Source: Desulfobacteraceae bacterium (GTDB taxonomy: Bacteria > Desulfobacterota > Desulfobacteria > Desulfobacterales > JAABTS01). From it: a stretch of 64,000 nt of DNA. The notes beneath the pieces were generated by a model. The model was not told the DNA's origin. It was given only the letters and a program-made list of their open reading frames with translations, and did not search any database. The DNA is taken from assembly GCA_011389735.1 (NCBI GenBank), contig JAABTS010000004.1, positions 3,245 to 67,244 on the forward strand, in the 5' to 3' direction. Of the stretch, positions 8,598 to 18,569 are shown one piece after another (within the stretch, counting starts at the first letter, position 1; the number at the start of each line of letters is the position of its first letter). The position numbers were made by a program, and so were the translations under genes.

Positions 8598-9467
8598 ATG
8601 CATTACGAAGGAAACATTATCAGGCCGCCCAGCGAAGCGAACAGCATTCTGCTTCAGGCGACCGTCGGCTGTTCGCATAATAAATGCACGTTTTGCGGCG
8701 CTTATAAAGGCGAGCGGTTCAAGATTAAAAAAGACGATATCATTATGGCGGATATTGAATACGCCGCGGCTCATTTCCAGCGGATGCGCCGTTTATTCAT
8801 CTGCGACGGGGACGCGCTGATCATTCCCCAGGCCAGATTGTTGAATATTTTAAAGGCGATCGAGGAGCGCCTGCCCTGGGTGACTCGTGTCGGCGTTTAC
8901 GCCAACACCAAAGGAATCAAAATGAAAACGCCCGAAGAGCTGGCGGAACTTCGTGAACACGGGCTAAAAATCGCATACATGGGGCTTGAAACCGGCGACG
9001 ATGAAACTCTGGCCGCCATAAAAAAAGGCGCCGACAAGGCTAAAATGATTGAAATGGGCCGGAAGATGAAAGCGGCGGGGATCAAACTATCGATCACCGT
9101 TCTTTTGGGGATTGCGGGCCGGTCGAGATCCAAAATCCACGCCGTGGAAACGGGAAGAACGCTGACGGAAATCGATCCCGATTACGTAGGCGCCTTGAGC
9201 GTGATGCTCATCCCGGGAACTCCGCTTCACGACGATTACCAAACCGGAAATTTCACCTTGATCGAACCGGATGAAATGCTCCGGGAACTTAGAATCATGA
9301 TCGAACGGACGGATTTGACAGGCGGGCTTTTTCATGCGAACCACGCCTCAAATTACCTGCCTATCAGAGCGAGGATGCCGAAAGACAAGCAAGCGACTCT
9401 GGATTTGATCGACAGCGCCCTGTCGGGGGAAATCGGTTTGAAACCTGAATGGATGAGAGCTTTGTAG
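8598..9467 (+). CDS. Radical SAM protein
   Basis: YEGNIIRPPSEA N-terminus, CxxxCxxC (CSHNKCTFC), GLETG, NHASNY. Confidence 0.9.
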   Translation: MHYEGNIIRPPSEANSILLQATVGCSHNKCTFCGAYKGERFKIKKDDIIMADIEYAAAHFQRMRRLFICDGDALIIPQARLLNILKAIEERLPWVTRVGVYANTKGIKMKTPEELAELREHGLKIAYMGLETGDDETLAAIKKGADKAKMIEMGRKMKAAGIKLSITVLLGIAGRSRSKIHAVETGRTLTEIDPDYVGALSVMLIPGTPLHDDYQTGNFTLIEPDEMLRELRIMIERTDLTGGLFHANHASNYLPIRARMPKDKQATLDLIDSALSGEIGLKPEWMRAL

Positions 9468-9672
9468 TTTTTTAGAAATCTAATTTCACAAGGCGGCGGG
9501 CCCGGGATTGTTGCATTTTGTGTTGAATGATGAATTATTTATGTTGAATGCTAAATGTTAAATGCTAAATGAGGGGCGCTCACATTCAACATTCAACATT
9601 CAACATTCAACATAATATAATTCTTATATCCCCGGGCCGACAAAGCAGTGAAATTAATTATCTGAAAAGCTA
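9465..9672 (-). mobile_element. Family A MITE, long form with heptamer repeats
   Basis: Both A TIRs; (TTCAACA)4 and TGCTAAA/TGTTAAA heptamers. The terminal TAG doubles as the stop codon of the upstream CDS. Confidence 0.8.
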
Positions 9673-9717
9673 TATCAACTTGAATACGGAAATATTATGG
9701 AAGGAGAGATTGGAAAG

Positions 9718-11736
9718 ATGACGGAAACAAATTGTCTGTACGCGGAACGTGATGTCCGTTGCGTCAACCTGATTCGGACGTTGTCCATAGACGCCATTCA
9801 GAAGGCTAATTCAGGGCATCCGGGAGCGCCGATGGGGCTGGCGCCCGCAGCTTACGTACTATGGACCCGGATCATGAATCATAATCCGGAAAATCCGGAA
9901 TGGGTCAACCGGGACCGGTTTGTGTTGTCCGGAGGCCATGCGTCCATGTTGCTTTACAGCATGTTATATCTGACGGGATATGATTTGAATCTGGAAGATC
10001 TCCGGAATTTCAGGCAATTGGGAAGTAAAACACCGGGCCATCCGGAATACGACGCGACGCCTGGGGTTGAAACCACCACCGGCCCTCTTGGACAGGGGAT
10101 CGCCAACGCGGTAGGTTTTGCAATCGCCGAACGTTATATGAGTACTCTGTATAACCGGGACGGCCGTGAAATTATCGATCATTACACATATGTCATGTGC
10201 GGGGACGGCGACATGATGGAGGGAGTGTCATCGGAAGCCGTTTCGCTTGCGGGACATCTCGGCCTGGGAAAACTGATCTGCATCTATGACGACAATGAAA
10301 TATCCATCGAAGGCAAAACCGAAATCACTTTTACCGAAAACGTCAAGGCTCGGTTCGAAGCCTGCGGATGGGGAACTATCGAAGTTCCGGACGGCAACGA
10401 CCTGGAAGTGATTCACAAGGCGCTGGCGGAGGCCGGGCGTGACAAAAACCGGCCCACGCTTGTGCTTTTGAAAACTCAGATCGCCTATGGCAGCCCCAAT
10501 AAGCAGGGTTCGGAAAAAGCCCACGGTTCCCCGCTCGGAGAAGAAGAAGTGCGGCTCACCAAGAAAAATCTGGGGTTTCCCGAAGACCGTCAATTCTACG
10601 TCCCTGACGAATTGCTGGCCGTTTTCAGGGAATGCGTCGGCAAAGGAGCCGCCGCTGAAACTGAATGGCGAAAAACATTCGATGAACTTCAAAAATTGTA
10701 CCCGAATCTCATCAAACGATTCCAAAAAGCCTTGAAAAGAGAACTTCCGGACGATTGGGCGTCGGATTTACCGGTGTTCGAGCCGGGGGATGCTGTCGCC
10801 ACAAGATCCGCATCGGGTAAGGCGATAAACGCGGTTGCGGAAAAGATTCCTTTTTTGATCGGCGGATCGTCGGATCTGGCCCCTTCCAACAACACGCTGG
10901 TCGCGTCTTCTCACGATTTTCAGAAAAACGCCTGGGACGGCGGAAATATTCGTTTCGGCGTCCGGGAACATGCGATGGGCGGTGTCCTGAACGGCATGGC
11001 GCTGTACAAAGGGTTGATTCCATACGGAGGCACATTCCTGGTGTTTTCCGATTATATGCGGCCGGCGATCCGGCTGGCGGCGCTCATGGAACTGCCTGTG
11101 ATTTATGTGTTCACTCACGACAGCATCGCCGTCGGAGAGGACGGCCCCACCCATCAGCCGGTGGAACATACGGCGGCGTTGAGATCGATTCCGGGGCTGA
11201 CCGTAATTCGACCGGCCGACGCATCTGAAACAATCACGGCCTGGGAATATGCGGTGGAAAACACCCACGGCCCCACGGCTCTGATATTGAGCCGGCAAAA
11301 ACTCCCGGTGCTGGACCGAACCCGTTACGGTTCCGCCGATTTACTCAAAAAAGGCGGATATGTTTTGGAAAACGCTGAAAAAAAGCCGGACATCATCCTG
11401 ATCGCCACGGGATCGGAAGTCCATATCGCGCTTGAAGCGGCGGAGGCGTTGAAACAGAAGGCAATCGAGGTTCGAACCGTGAACATGCCCTCTTGGGAAC
11501 TGTTCGAAAAATCACCCAAAGATTATCAAGACTCCGTTCTTCCGCCTGACGTGAAGCACCGAATCGCAGTGGAGGCGGGCGTCGGCATGGGATGGGAACG
11601 GTATACGGGGGACTCCGAATCCGTTATCTGCATGAATTCCTTTGGGGCGTCGGGCCCCGGCGGGGAAGTTATGAAAAAATTCGGATTCACCGCCGGCGCT
11701 ATCGTCGAAAAAGCCCTTGAAATCATGGAGAAATAA
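9718..11736 (+). CDS. tkt: Transketolase
   Basis: ANSGHPG, NRDRFVLS.GH, TTGPLGQG, GDGD..EG, THDSI.VGEDGPTHQP. Confidence 0.97.
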   Translation: MTETNCLYAERDVRCVNLIRTLSIDAIQKANSGHPGAPMGLAPAAYVLWTRIMNHNPENPEWVNRDRFVLSGGHASMLLYSMLYLTGYDLNLEDLRNFRQLGSKTPGHPEYDATPGVETTTGPLGQGIANAVGFAIAERYMSTLYNRDGREIIDHYTYVMCGDGDMMEGVSSEAVSLAGHLGLGKLICIYDDNEISIEGKTEITFTENVKARFEACGWGTIEVPDGNDLEVIHKALAEAGRDKNRPTLVLLKTQIAYGSPNKQGSEKAHGSPLGEEEVRLTKKNLGFPEDRQFYVPDELLAVFRECVGKGAAAETEWRKTFDELQKLYPNLIKRFQKALKRELPDDWASDLPVFEPGDAVATRSASGKAINAVAEKIPFLIGGSSDLAPSNNTLVASSHDFQKNAWDGGNIRFGVREHAMGGVLNGMALYKGLIPYGGTFLVFSDYMRPAIRLAALMELPVIYVFTHDSIAVGEDGPTHQPVEHTAALRSIPGLTVIRPADASETITAWEYAVENTHGPTALILSRQKLPVLDRTRYGSADLLKKGGYVLENAEKKPDIILIATGSEVHIALEAAEALKQKAIEVRTVNMPSWELFEKSPKDYQDSVLPPDVKHRIAVEAGVGMGWERYTGDSESVICMNSFGASGPGGEVMKKFGFTAGAIVEKALEIMEK

Positions 11737-11756
11737 TACTGCAAATGTTGAAACCA

Positions 11757-11937
11757 CTGTTCTGAGCGGGTTTGCTCACCACAAGGTTAAAGGTTACAGG
11801 GTGCAGGCTTTTTCATAATTATGGTTCTAACCTGCCCCCCTTATCGGGATCGGGATCGGGATCGAAATTGAATCCTTCGATAACGATCCCGATCCCGATC
11901 CCGATCCAAATGAACCTGCCCCCTGCCCCCTTTAACC
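11757..11937. repeat. Composite repeat: D fragment, heptamer-type palindrome E, and GATCCC hairpin module
   Basis: GGTTAAAGG...CAGGGTGCAGG is inverted to CCTGCCCCCTGCCCCCTTTAACC. The hexamer hairpin 11841-11912 is bracketed by AACCTGCCCCC direct repeats. Confidence 0.7.
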
Positions 11938-11978
11938 TTGGGAGCGGTTGAACGGCGCCGACATTCAACATAATAACT

Positions 11979-14069
11979 TTACGCCTTGCGGATTTTCACG
12001 CTCGGAAACTGATCCACGTTGGTATGGGGCAGAAAAAGCGCCGACGTGAATTCGTCCATGAATTGATTGTTGTTGCTGAAATCGATATAGGTCATGCCGT
12101 TCGAGATCTGTATGGCTTCTTTTCGGTATTCTTCGGAAAGCAGGGCCATGTATGCGCCGGCGACTGAGCTGTTGCCCAGGTACTGAAATTTATTCCGGTC
12201 GATATCCGGCAGCAGGCCGATGGCGACCGCCCGGTCGATATTGAGATACCGGCCGAATCCGCCGGTGATGACAATTTTTTCAACCATTGAGAAATCCAGG
12301 CCCGCCTGGTTGAGAAGCACGGTGAACCCTGCATAAACCGCCCCTTTGCTTCTAATGATATTGTCAATATCGGATTCGGTAAAAACAATATCCGCATCCA
12401 TTGCGGTCTTGTCTGCAAATTCCAGAATATACGCGGTTTCATCGTTCTCTCGTTTTATTCTAGGATGGCTTGAATCCACGGCGTATTTACCTTGCTGATC
12501 AATGATTCCGGCGAGCATCATTTCGGCGATCAGATCGATCATGCCGGAACCACAGACACCGCGCGGCAAAACGTTTCCCACGGTCGAATAATTTGGATTC
12601 AGCGTTTCGTGATCGATTTTAACCATCTCGACAGCGCCTTCTTCCGCACGCATTCCCCATCGCACGCCGCCGCCCTCGAAGGCCGGCCCGGCTGAACAGG
12701 AGGCCGTCATGAGCCAGTCTTTGTTTCCCAGAACGATTTCGCCGTTCGTCCCCACATCGATGAACAGTGTCAACGGTTCTTCACGATGAAATCCCGCGTA
12801 AATCATGCCGGACACGATATCACCGCCCACATAGCCCGCCGGCCCGGGCATGACAAACACAGCCGCAGCGGGGTTGATTTTGAGTCCCACCTCGTCGCCT
12901 CGGAGGATCGGAAATTGTGAAACCGTGGGTATGTAAGGTTCGCGGCGGATATAACGGGGTTCGATTTTCAGCAATAGATGCAGCATGGTGGTGTTCCCGG
13001 AAAGCGCCGCATTTCTGATCCGGCGGTAATCGGCTCCGGCTGCGTCCAGCGTTTCATTGATAAGGCCGTTGATTGTCGCCAGCACCATATTGCCCAGTTT
13101 TTTAACGCCGTCCTTCTCGGCGCATACGATTCGGTTGATCACGTCGTCGCCGCAGGCCGCCTGACGGTTGTGGCCGGCTCCGGCGGCCAGCACCGTCCCG
13201 TCCTCCATATCCGTCAGATAAACCACCACAGACGTGGTTCCGATATCAACAGCGATCCCCAGCGGTTTGGTTCTCTTGTTTTTCGGCTCAACATGCAAAA
13301 CTTCATGAGAACATTTTTTTTTCATCACATAGGCGGTGACATTCCAGTCGTCGTCTCTCATGACATTGGCCAGATCCCTCATGACTCCCAGCCCCATGCT
13401 AAGCCGGTCAACATCGCAGCCCTCTGTTTTTTTCAGTTCCCGTATCAGACGATCCAGGTCGCTTACCGAATCTTCCATCGTGGGCGGCGTCAATTCAAGA
13501 GGGATTTCCAGCAGCATGGGCGTGATTTCAGGTACGAGTCCTTTGAGCCGGTCGGTTACGTCTTTACCCATGCCTGCGATTTTGAGCTTTTTTTCCAGGG
13601 TTTCTTCGGGTATTTTCACTCTTACATCGCCATGAACAGTACTCCGGCAAGCCAGTACATAATTTTTCCCTTTTTCCCGTTCATCGAGCAGAGACGTGGG
13701 TGTTGTTTTTATATCTCCGGATTCGAGTATCAGTTTGCATTTGCCGCACGAGCCTTTTCCGTTGCAAGACGCATTCAAGGCTACATCCGCAGCCTGGGCC
13801 GCTTGCAGGAGAGTGTCGCCTTCATTTACGACCGCCTCCTTGTTGTCCGGCATAAATACGACTTTATGGGTTTTGAGCGCCGCCTCCTCTTCACGCCGCC
13901 GCTCCTCTCTTTTTTTCTCCTTGTGCATAAACCATATGGGACAGGCCGACCGAAATTTGCAGTAAATTTCAGGATCACGGCAATGAGCGCATTCGTCGCA
14001 CATATAAACGTTATGTTTCATGCAAATATTGCTGGTTTCACGATCCGGATGATTGACGCATTTTCCCAT
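11979..14069 (-). CDS. RACo/ASKHA corrinoid-activation ATPase with 2Fe-2S domain (DUF4445)
   Basis: CNGKGSCGKC ferredoxin, VDIGTT, G.DVINRI, YVGGDI, IDVGTNGE, SAGPAFEG, GVCGSG. Confidence 0.92.
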   Translation of the reverse strand: MGKCVNHPDRETSNICMKHNVYMCDECAHCRDPEIYCKFRSACPIWFMHKEKKREERRREEEAALKTHKVVFMPDNKEAVVNEGDTLLQAAQAADVALNASCNGKGSCGKCKLILESGDIKTTPTSLLDEREKGKNYVLACRSTVHGDVRVKIPEETLEKKLKIAGMGKDVTDRLKGLVPEITPMLLEIPLELTPPTMEDSVSDLDRLIRELKKTEGCDVDRLSMGLGVMRDLANVMRDDDWNVTAYVMKKKCSHEVLHVEPKNKRTKPLGIAVDIGTTSVVVYLTDMEDGTVLAAGAGHNRQAACGDDVINRIVCAEKDGVKKLGNMVLATINGLINETLDAAGADYRRIRNAALSGNTTMLHLLLKIEPRYIRREPYIPTVSQFPILRGDEVGLKINPAAAVFVMPGPAGYVGGDIVSGMIYAGFHREEPLTLFIDVGTNGEIVLGNKDWLMTASCSAGPAFEGGGVRWGMRAEEGAVEMVKIDHETLNPNYSTVGNVLPRGVCGSGMIDLIAEMMLAGIIDQQGKYAVDSSHPRIKRENDETAYILEFADKTAMDADIVFTESDIDNIIRSKGAVYAGFTVLLNQAGLDFSMVEKIVITGGFGRYLNIDRAVAIGLLPDIDRNKFQYLGNSSVAGAYMALLSEEYRKEAIQISNGMTYIDFSNNNQFMDEFTSALFLPHTNVDQFPSVKIRKA

Positions 14070-14109
14070 TTTTATTTAACTCCCGTCATGAATTTTCAGA
14101 GATTTCAGT

Positions 14110-14250
14110 TTACAAGCAGGCGGCGGGGATAAACCGCCCGAACGCCTGATTATTGTTTTTCGGTTTTATAGCCCATGGGCAATTTTTTGAAACGGCCGCC
14201 GCGCCGGTGAGCGCCGTAACTTTCAAGAAGTTTCGCCTGTTTATCCCCAT
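14110..14250 (-). pseudogene. Orphan twin-arginine signal peptide ORF (46 aa), probable remnant
   Basis: RBS AGGAGG then MGINRRNFLKVTALTGAAAVSK, followed by an early stop. Confidence 0.5.
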
Positions 14251-14364
14251 ATGACCTCCTGTTCCCATAGGTAAAAAATTAATGGCCGGCCGTAATCTCC
14301 GCTTGCCACAAAATATCGGACACAATATCCATCCAGGGTTCGTGAAATGAAGCCTGTTTGATTT

Positions 14365-14604
14365 TCAAGCGCCCTGCGTGGTCTTTCTGATTACGATTCG
14401 AAATCTTCCTTCCCAGGGCGGTTCAAACGCTTCGGAAATCAATTCATAATCCGCCGCCGGCAAAATGATTTTCAAATCCTCGTATACATCGATTTCATCA
14501 CCAATGATCTCCATCTCATCGCCGGCGTCCATTTTGGCGAAACGGTTGACCACCTCCAGCATGGAAAACGGTGTCAGCGTATTTCTTAAATCAAATGAAT
14601 GCAT
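14365..14604 (-). CDS. TusA/SirA-like small protein (lacks the CPxP cysteine)
   Basis: FDLRNTLTPFSML...MDAGDEMEII...FRIVIRK matches the TusA pattern. Confidence 0.65.
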   Translation of the reverse strand: MHSFDLRNTLTPFSMLEVVNRFAKMDAGDEMEIIGDEIDVYEDLKIILPAADYELISEAFEPPWEGRFRIVIRKTTQGA

Positions 14605-14668
14605 CTGTTGTTTCCGTTTCCCCTTTAATTGTATGCTTCCCGGCCCGCCGGCTCGTAAAACCAAATTT

Positions 14669-15325
14669 CTAAAAACCCTGTAATTGTATCGCCTGATCCG
14701 TCAACAGCGATTTGAAACGGTCCAGGGTTATCGGATACGGTTGAATCGGAATTCCCATCCAGTCGGAATATTCGAGGAATTCCTCCGGTTTTTCAGCCAT
14801 GCATTGATCCACATATCCGATTCCGTCCAGAACAACTGCGCCGCCGGTGTGACGGGGGAAATTCTCATTGGCGATTCCTTTGTCCCATCCTTTGAATACG
14901 TCCTCCCGAAATTCGATCCAGCCGGGCGTCATCCACCAGACCTTTTCGCCTCCGGCCACTTCCATGCCGATTTTTTCCCGTTCCGCCTCATCGGCGAGCA
15001 TATCCATACAATGCGTGGCCTGAATCCGGCACACCCCGGGCCCCTCTTCCTCGATGATGTTTTGCATGACTCGAGTGGGTTCATTCACATTGACATAACA
15101 GTATTTCCCGCCATACACGACAATGACTTTGCCGGTTTTTTCCTTCGCTTTACGGATACTCTTTACAAGCCTCCGCTCCAGTTCAGGGATGTCCTGATGA
15201 AGTCCCGGTTTTGTGTAAAATATGCTGTGCGCGTCCAAAAAGCCTTCCTTTTTCAAATAATTCAGCTCAAGACTCATTGTCCCGCAGGCAACGATAGCGA
15301 TGTCCGAAAACGTTACAGTGTCCAT
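14669..15325 (-). CDS. DUF1638-domain protein
   Basis: IVACG, PGLH, VVYG..C, HCMDML, WMTPGW motifs; typical RACo neighbour. Confidence 0.8.
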   Translation of the reverse strand: MDTVTFSDIAIVACGTMSLELNYLKKEGFLDAHSIFYTKPGLHQDIPELERRLVKSIRKAKEKTGKVIVVYGGKYCYVNVNEPTRVMQNIIEEEGPGVCRIQATHCMDMLADEAEREKIGMEVAGGEKVWWMTPGWIEFREDVFKGWDKGIANENFPRHTGGAVVLDGIGYVDQCMAEKPEEFLEYSDWMGIPIQPYPITLDRFKSLLTDQAIQLQGF

Positions 15326-15436
15326 GTGAATTCCTCCTTGAAATCCCGATACGAATGAATTGCGCTGCAGGCCGGATTCAAATTCTTCCCGGCGATTTGA
15401 AACGCGCCCCGGTTCAGCTCATAACGCTTCATGAAA

Positions 15437-15453
15437 AGCAAGATCGGCGCCGA
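15437..15453 (-). promoter_or_regulatory. Sigma54 (-24/-12) promoter for the DUF1638-TusA-RACo operon
   Basis: Minus strand TCGGCGCCGATCTTGCT = GG-N10-GC with TTGC. Confidence 0.7.
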
Positions 15454-15589
15454 TTTGAAACGGAAATTTTTGTTTCAAGGTTGGTAAAACGAAATATCTT
15501 ATTTTAACAGATATTTAATATGGCCAGGAAATGCAAATGGATAAAAAAAGATAGAGGAAAGTATTTCCACATTGTGTTTTACATGTTCA

Positions 15590-15632
15590 AATGTTAATTT
15601 GATGAACACATCATATGTTTATTTTTTGAACA
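15590..15632. promoter_or_regulatory. Putative tandem upstream activator sites for the adjacent bEBP
   Basis: TGTTAATTTGATGAACA and TGTTTATTTTTTGAACA, about 140-180 bp upstream of the sigma54 site. Confidence 0.5.
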
Positions 15633-15645
15633 CAAAGGGAGAAGA

Positions 15646-17061
15646 ATGGATCATCATAACCTTAACACCTACTGGAAAACGGTTGTGGATACAATCCAGG
15701 ACGGCGTCATGATCGTTAACCCTCAAGGCGCGATTATTTCGGTCAATCGTGGTTTTGAGGAAATCACCGGTTATAAGCGCGGGGAAGTTTTGGGTAAATC
15801 CTGTTCAATTTTGAAATGCAATTCCTGTGAGTTTGTTCGGAATGCGTCGGAATGTCATTATTGCGTTATGTTCAAGCAGGGAACGCTCAACAAACAGCAA
15901 TGTGTTGTAACTCACAGGGACGGCCGCGCGGTACACATCGTGAAAAATGCATCTGTATTGAAAAACGACGACGGTGAAATTTTCGGCGCCGTGGAGACCA
16001 TGACCGATGTTACGGATCTGGTCGAGAAGGAGACCCAGATTAAAATCTACCGGCAAGAATTGGGAGCCGAAGATCGATTTTACGGGATGATCGGCGTGTC
16101 GGAGAAAATGCGGCGGGTGTTTGAACTGATATCCAATGCGTCCCGGTCTGAAGCGCCGGTGATTATTTACGGGGAAAGCGGTACGGGCAAGGAACTCGTG
16201 GCCCGGGCGATTCATGAAATCAGCCTGCGGAAAAAAGGGCCGTATATTAAGGTGAATTGCGCCGCTTTAAACGAATCACTTCTGGAAAGCGAGCTTTTCG
16301 GGCATGTCAAGGGTGCGTTTACTGGAGCGCACCGGGATCGAGAAGGCCGTTTTCAGTCCGCCCACGAAGGAGACATTTTTTTGGATGAAATCGGCGATCT
16401 GCCGATATCGACTCAGGTGAAACTGCTTCGGGTTCTGGAAGACAAAGTTGTGGAACGGGTGGGAGACAATACGCCGATTCGTGTGGATGCGCGTATTATT
16501 TCCGCCACCAACCGTAACCTCCCGGAATTGATCGACCAGGGCCGGTACCGGGAGGATTTTTTCTACCGCATCAATGTCATCCCGATCCAGGCGCCGCCGC
16601 TCAGGGAAAGGACAGAAGACATTCCCGTCCTGATCCGGTCGTTCTTTAACCGGACGCGGCTTTCCAGCGGGCGAAGCCAAATTGAAAGTATTTCCAACGA
16701 AGCTCTGGAAATCCTGACCCATTATCACTGGCCGGGGAATATCCGGGAACTGAAAAGCGCATTTGAATTCGCTTTCGTAGCCTGCCGTGGGAACACGATC
16801 ACGCCTGAACATTTGCCTTTCAATATCACGACAGGCGACAAACCCCTCAGACGGGACATCGCCATATCCAGGAATCTGGATGAAATCAAAAAGCAACGGC
16901 TAATCCAGGCTATGGAATCGACCGGCGGCAATCAATCCCGGGCTGCCCGACAACTTGGCCTTTCACGAACCAGCGTGTGGAATCAAATGAAACGTTTCAA
17001 TTTGAATGCCGGGCAATTCAAACCAAAACCGGATACCGGAGGCGGAATGATCCGGAATTAA
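15646..17061 (+). CDS. Sigma54-dependent transcriptional activator (PAS-AAA+-Fis HTH)
   Basis: GESGTGKE, ESELFGHVKGAFTGA, FLDEIG, WPGNIREL, GGNQSRAARQLG. Confidence 0.95.
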   Translation: MDHHNLNTYWKTVVDTIQDGVMIVNPQGAIISVNRGFEEITGYKRGEVLGKSCSILKCNSCEFVRNASECHYCVMFKQGTLNKQQCVVTHRDGRAVHIVKNASVLKNDDGEIFGAVETMTDVTDLVEKETQIKIYRQELGAEDRFYGMIGVSEKMRRVFELISNASRSEAPVIIYGESGTGKELVARAIHEISLRKKGPYIKVNCAALNESLLESELFGHVKGAFTGAHRDREGRFQSAHEGDIFLDEIGDLPISTQVKLLRVLEDKVVERVGDNTPIRVDARIISATNRNLPELIDQGRYREDFFYRINVIPIQAPPLRERTEDIPVLIRSFFNRTRLSSGRSQIESISNEALEILTHYHWPGNIRELKSAFEFAFVACRGNTITPEHLPFNITTGDKPLRRDIAISRNLDEIKKQRLIQAMESTGGNQSRAARQLGLSRTSVWNQMKRFNLNAGQFKPKPDTGGGMIRN

Positions 17062-17519
17062 AATTCCTTTGCAGCTTCCTTGAATGATTTTTGCAATGAA
17101 TTATAGCTCTTTAAAAAACCACTTTTCACATCTTCCCAGGCTTTGGCGGAACTATGCCGGATACCGCCATACCATTCGGCCAGTTCATTACGCTGCTTGC
17201 GAATTTTTTTTAACGTTTTTGTTGCATTTTTTCGTGCGGCTTCGTCCATTTCGCTCCATTTCCGGTCGATTCGGCTTTCCAGCCGCTCGATATTCGCATC
17301 CAGTTCTTCGATCACCGCTTTTACATCTTTCACGGTTTCCCGGCGCTGTTCAGCGGAATATTTTTTTATGGCCTCAAGAGCCTCCTTTGTTTCCTGCTTG
17401 ACTTCTTCGAAATTAGTATTCCGTTGGTCCGCGAAAACAGACGCTCCAATAAAGAAAAGAATCAGCGATACAATGGCCGCTGGAACGATAAAAAAACGAT
17501 GTTGCGAATCAAAAGTCAT
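17058..17519 (-). CDS. Exported alpha-helical hypothetical protein
   Basis: Signal peptide; coiled coil ending SAKAWEDVKSGF; RBS AGGAGA. Confidence 0.7.
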   Translation of the reverse strand: MTFDSQHRFFIVPAAIVSLILFFIGASVFADQRNTNFEEVKQETKEALEAIKKYSAEQRRETVKDVKAVIEELDANIERLESRIDRKWSEMDEAARKNATKTLKKIRKQRNELAEWYGGIRHSSAKAWEDVKSGFLKSYNSLQKSFKEAAKEF

Positions 17520-17541
17520 GTTGTCTCCTTTCTGAAATCTT

Positions 17542-17636
17542 AATGTTGAATGTGAGTCCCCCCATTTAGCAATCGACACAAAATGCAACGATCCCGGGCC
17601 GGCAACCTGTTGAGATTTAATTTTCAGAGGACAATA
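17542..17636 (+). mobile_element. Partial long family A element (right half)
   Basis: TGTTGAATGTGAGTCCCCCCATTTAGCA...CCCGGGCC...GAGATTTAATTTTCAG. Confidence 0.6.
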
Positions 17637-17650
17637 TCCATATTTTTTAA

Positions 17651-18041
17651 GGGCCTGGTTCTATCTTCGGCCATTTTCATTTATCGGGATCGGGTTCGAA
17701 ACTGAATCCTTCGATAACGATCCCGATCCCGATCCCGATCCCGATCCCGATTTGGATTCAAAAACTTCAAGCCCAATCACTAAACTGATGGCTGAAGTTA
17801 TAGCTTTTCAGATAATTAATTTCATTTCGTTGTCGGCCCGGGGATATACGAATTTTATTATGTTGGATGTTGGATGTTGAATGTTGGATGTGAGTCCCCC
17901 CATTTAGCATTTAACATTTAGCATTCAACATAAATAATTTAGCATTCAACATAAATAATTTAGCATTGAACACATAATTCAACAATCCAGCGCCCGCCGC
18001 CTTATGAAATTTAATTCCTGAAAAGCTATAGAACCAATACC
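17651..18041 (+). mobile_element. Family B MITE with GATCCC cargo; right TIR interrupted by long family A (17801-18028)
   Basis: 8-bp duplication TTTTTTAA (17643-50, 18042-49). GAAGT-TA-[A]-TA-GAACC restores the B TIR. Confidence 0.88.
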
Positions 18042-18065
18042 TTTTTTAATCCTATCAATCCGATA

Positions 18066-18569
18066 TTAATTGGTCCGGGAAGTGTTGATTTCTTCAAACG
18101 CCGCCTGGATCGCCTTTTCATCTTCATGGCTGAGAGATGTTTGAATAACTTTGCCTTTATACCGGCTCAGTTCTTCGAGGACTTTATCCGTAGGCGCTTT
18201 TCGCACCAGGATAAACAAGGCGGATGTCCCGGGCTGAAGCGTTTCGGACAATTCTTTCATGAACCGGTCGTCTATGCCGACGTCGGACAGAGTTCCGGCT
18301 ACGGCTCCGGCCGCGGCTCCGGCCGCTGCGCCTACTAAAGGACTCATGAAAATAAGTCCGATCAATGTTCCCCAGAATGTTCCGGCGATTGTTCCCTGAG
18401 CGGTAAGGTGATGCATTTGATTGAGCTTCACCTTGCCGTCCTCATTTTTTACGGCTACAACCGCATCCTCCAAATCCACCATATATGTACGTTGCATCTG
18501 AATCAGTTCCACTTTTACCATTTCAGCCTCGTTCGGATCGTCAAATCCGATTACGATCAAATCACTCAT
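18066..18569 (-). CDS. DUF1269-domain membrane protein
   Basis: MSDLIVIGF, LEDAVV, G.FWG.LIG, DVGIDDRF, LQPGTSALF, TSLS. Confidence 0.88.
   Translation of the reverse strand: MSDLIVIGFDDPNEAEMVKVELIQMQRTYMVDLEDAVVAVKNEDGKVKLNQMHHLTAQGTIAGTFWGTLIGLIFMSPLVGAAAGAAAGAVAGTLSDVGIDDRFMKELSETLQPGTSALFILVRKAPTDKVLEELSRYKGKVIQTSLSHEDEKAIQAAFEEINTSRTN

Noticed and set aside
12978-14132. 384-aa plus-strand ORF and other long antisense ORFs (e.g. 14684-15358, 19505-20203, 25376-26083, 50211-50945)
   Set aside because: They are shadows of well-supported genes on the opposite strand.
15326-15436. Cobalamin riboswitch upstream of the corrinoid-activation operon
   Set aside because: No recognisable B12-box or conserved core; the leader is short and explained by the sigma54 promoter.
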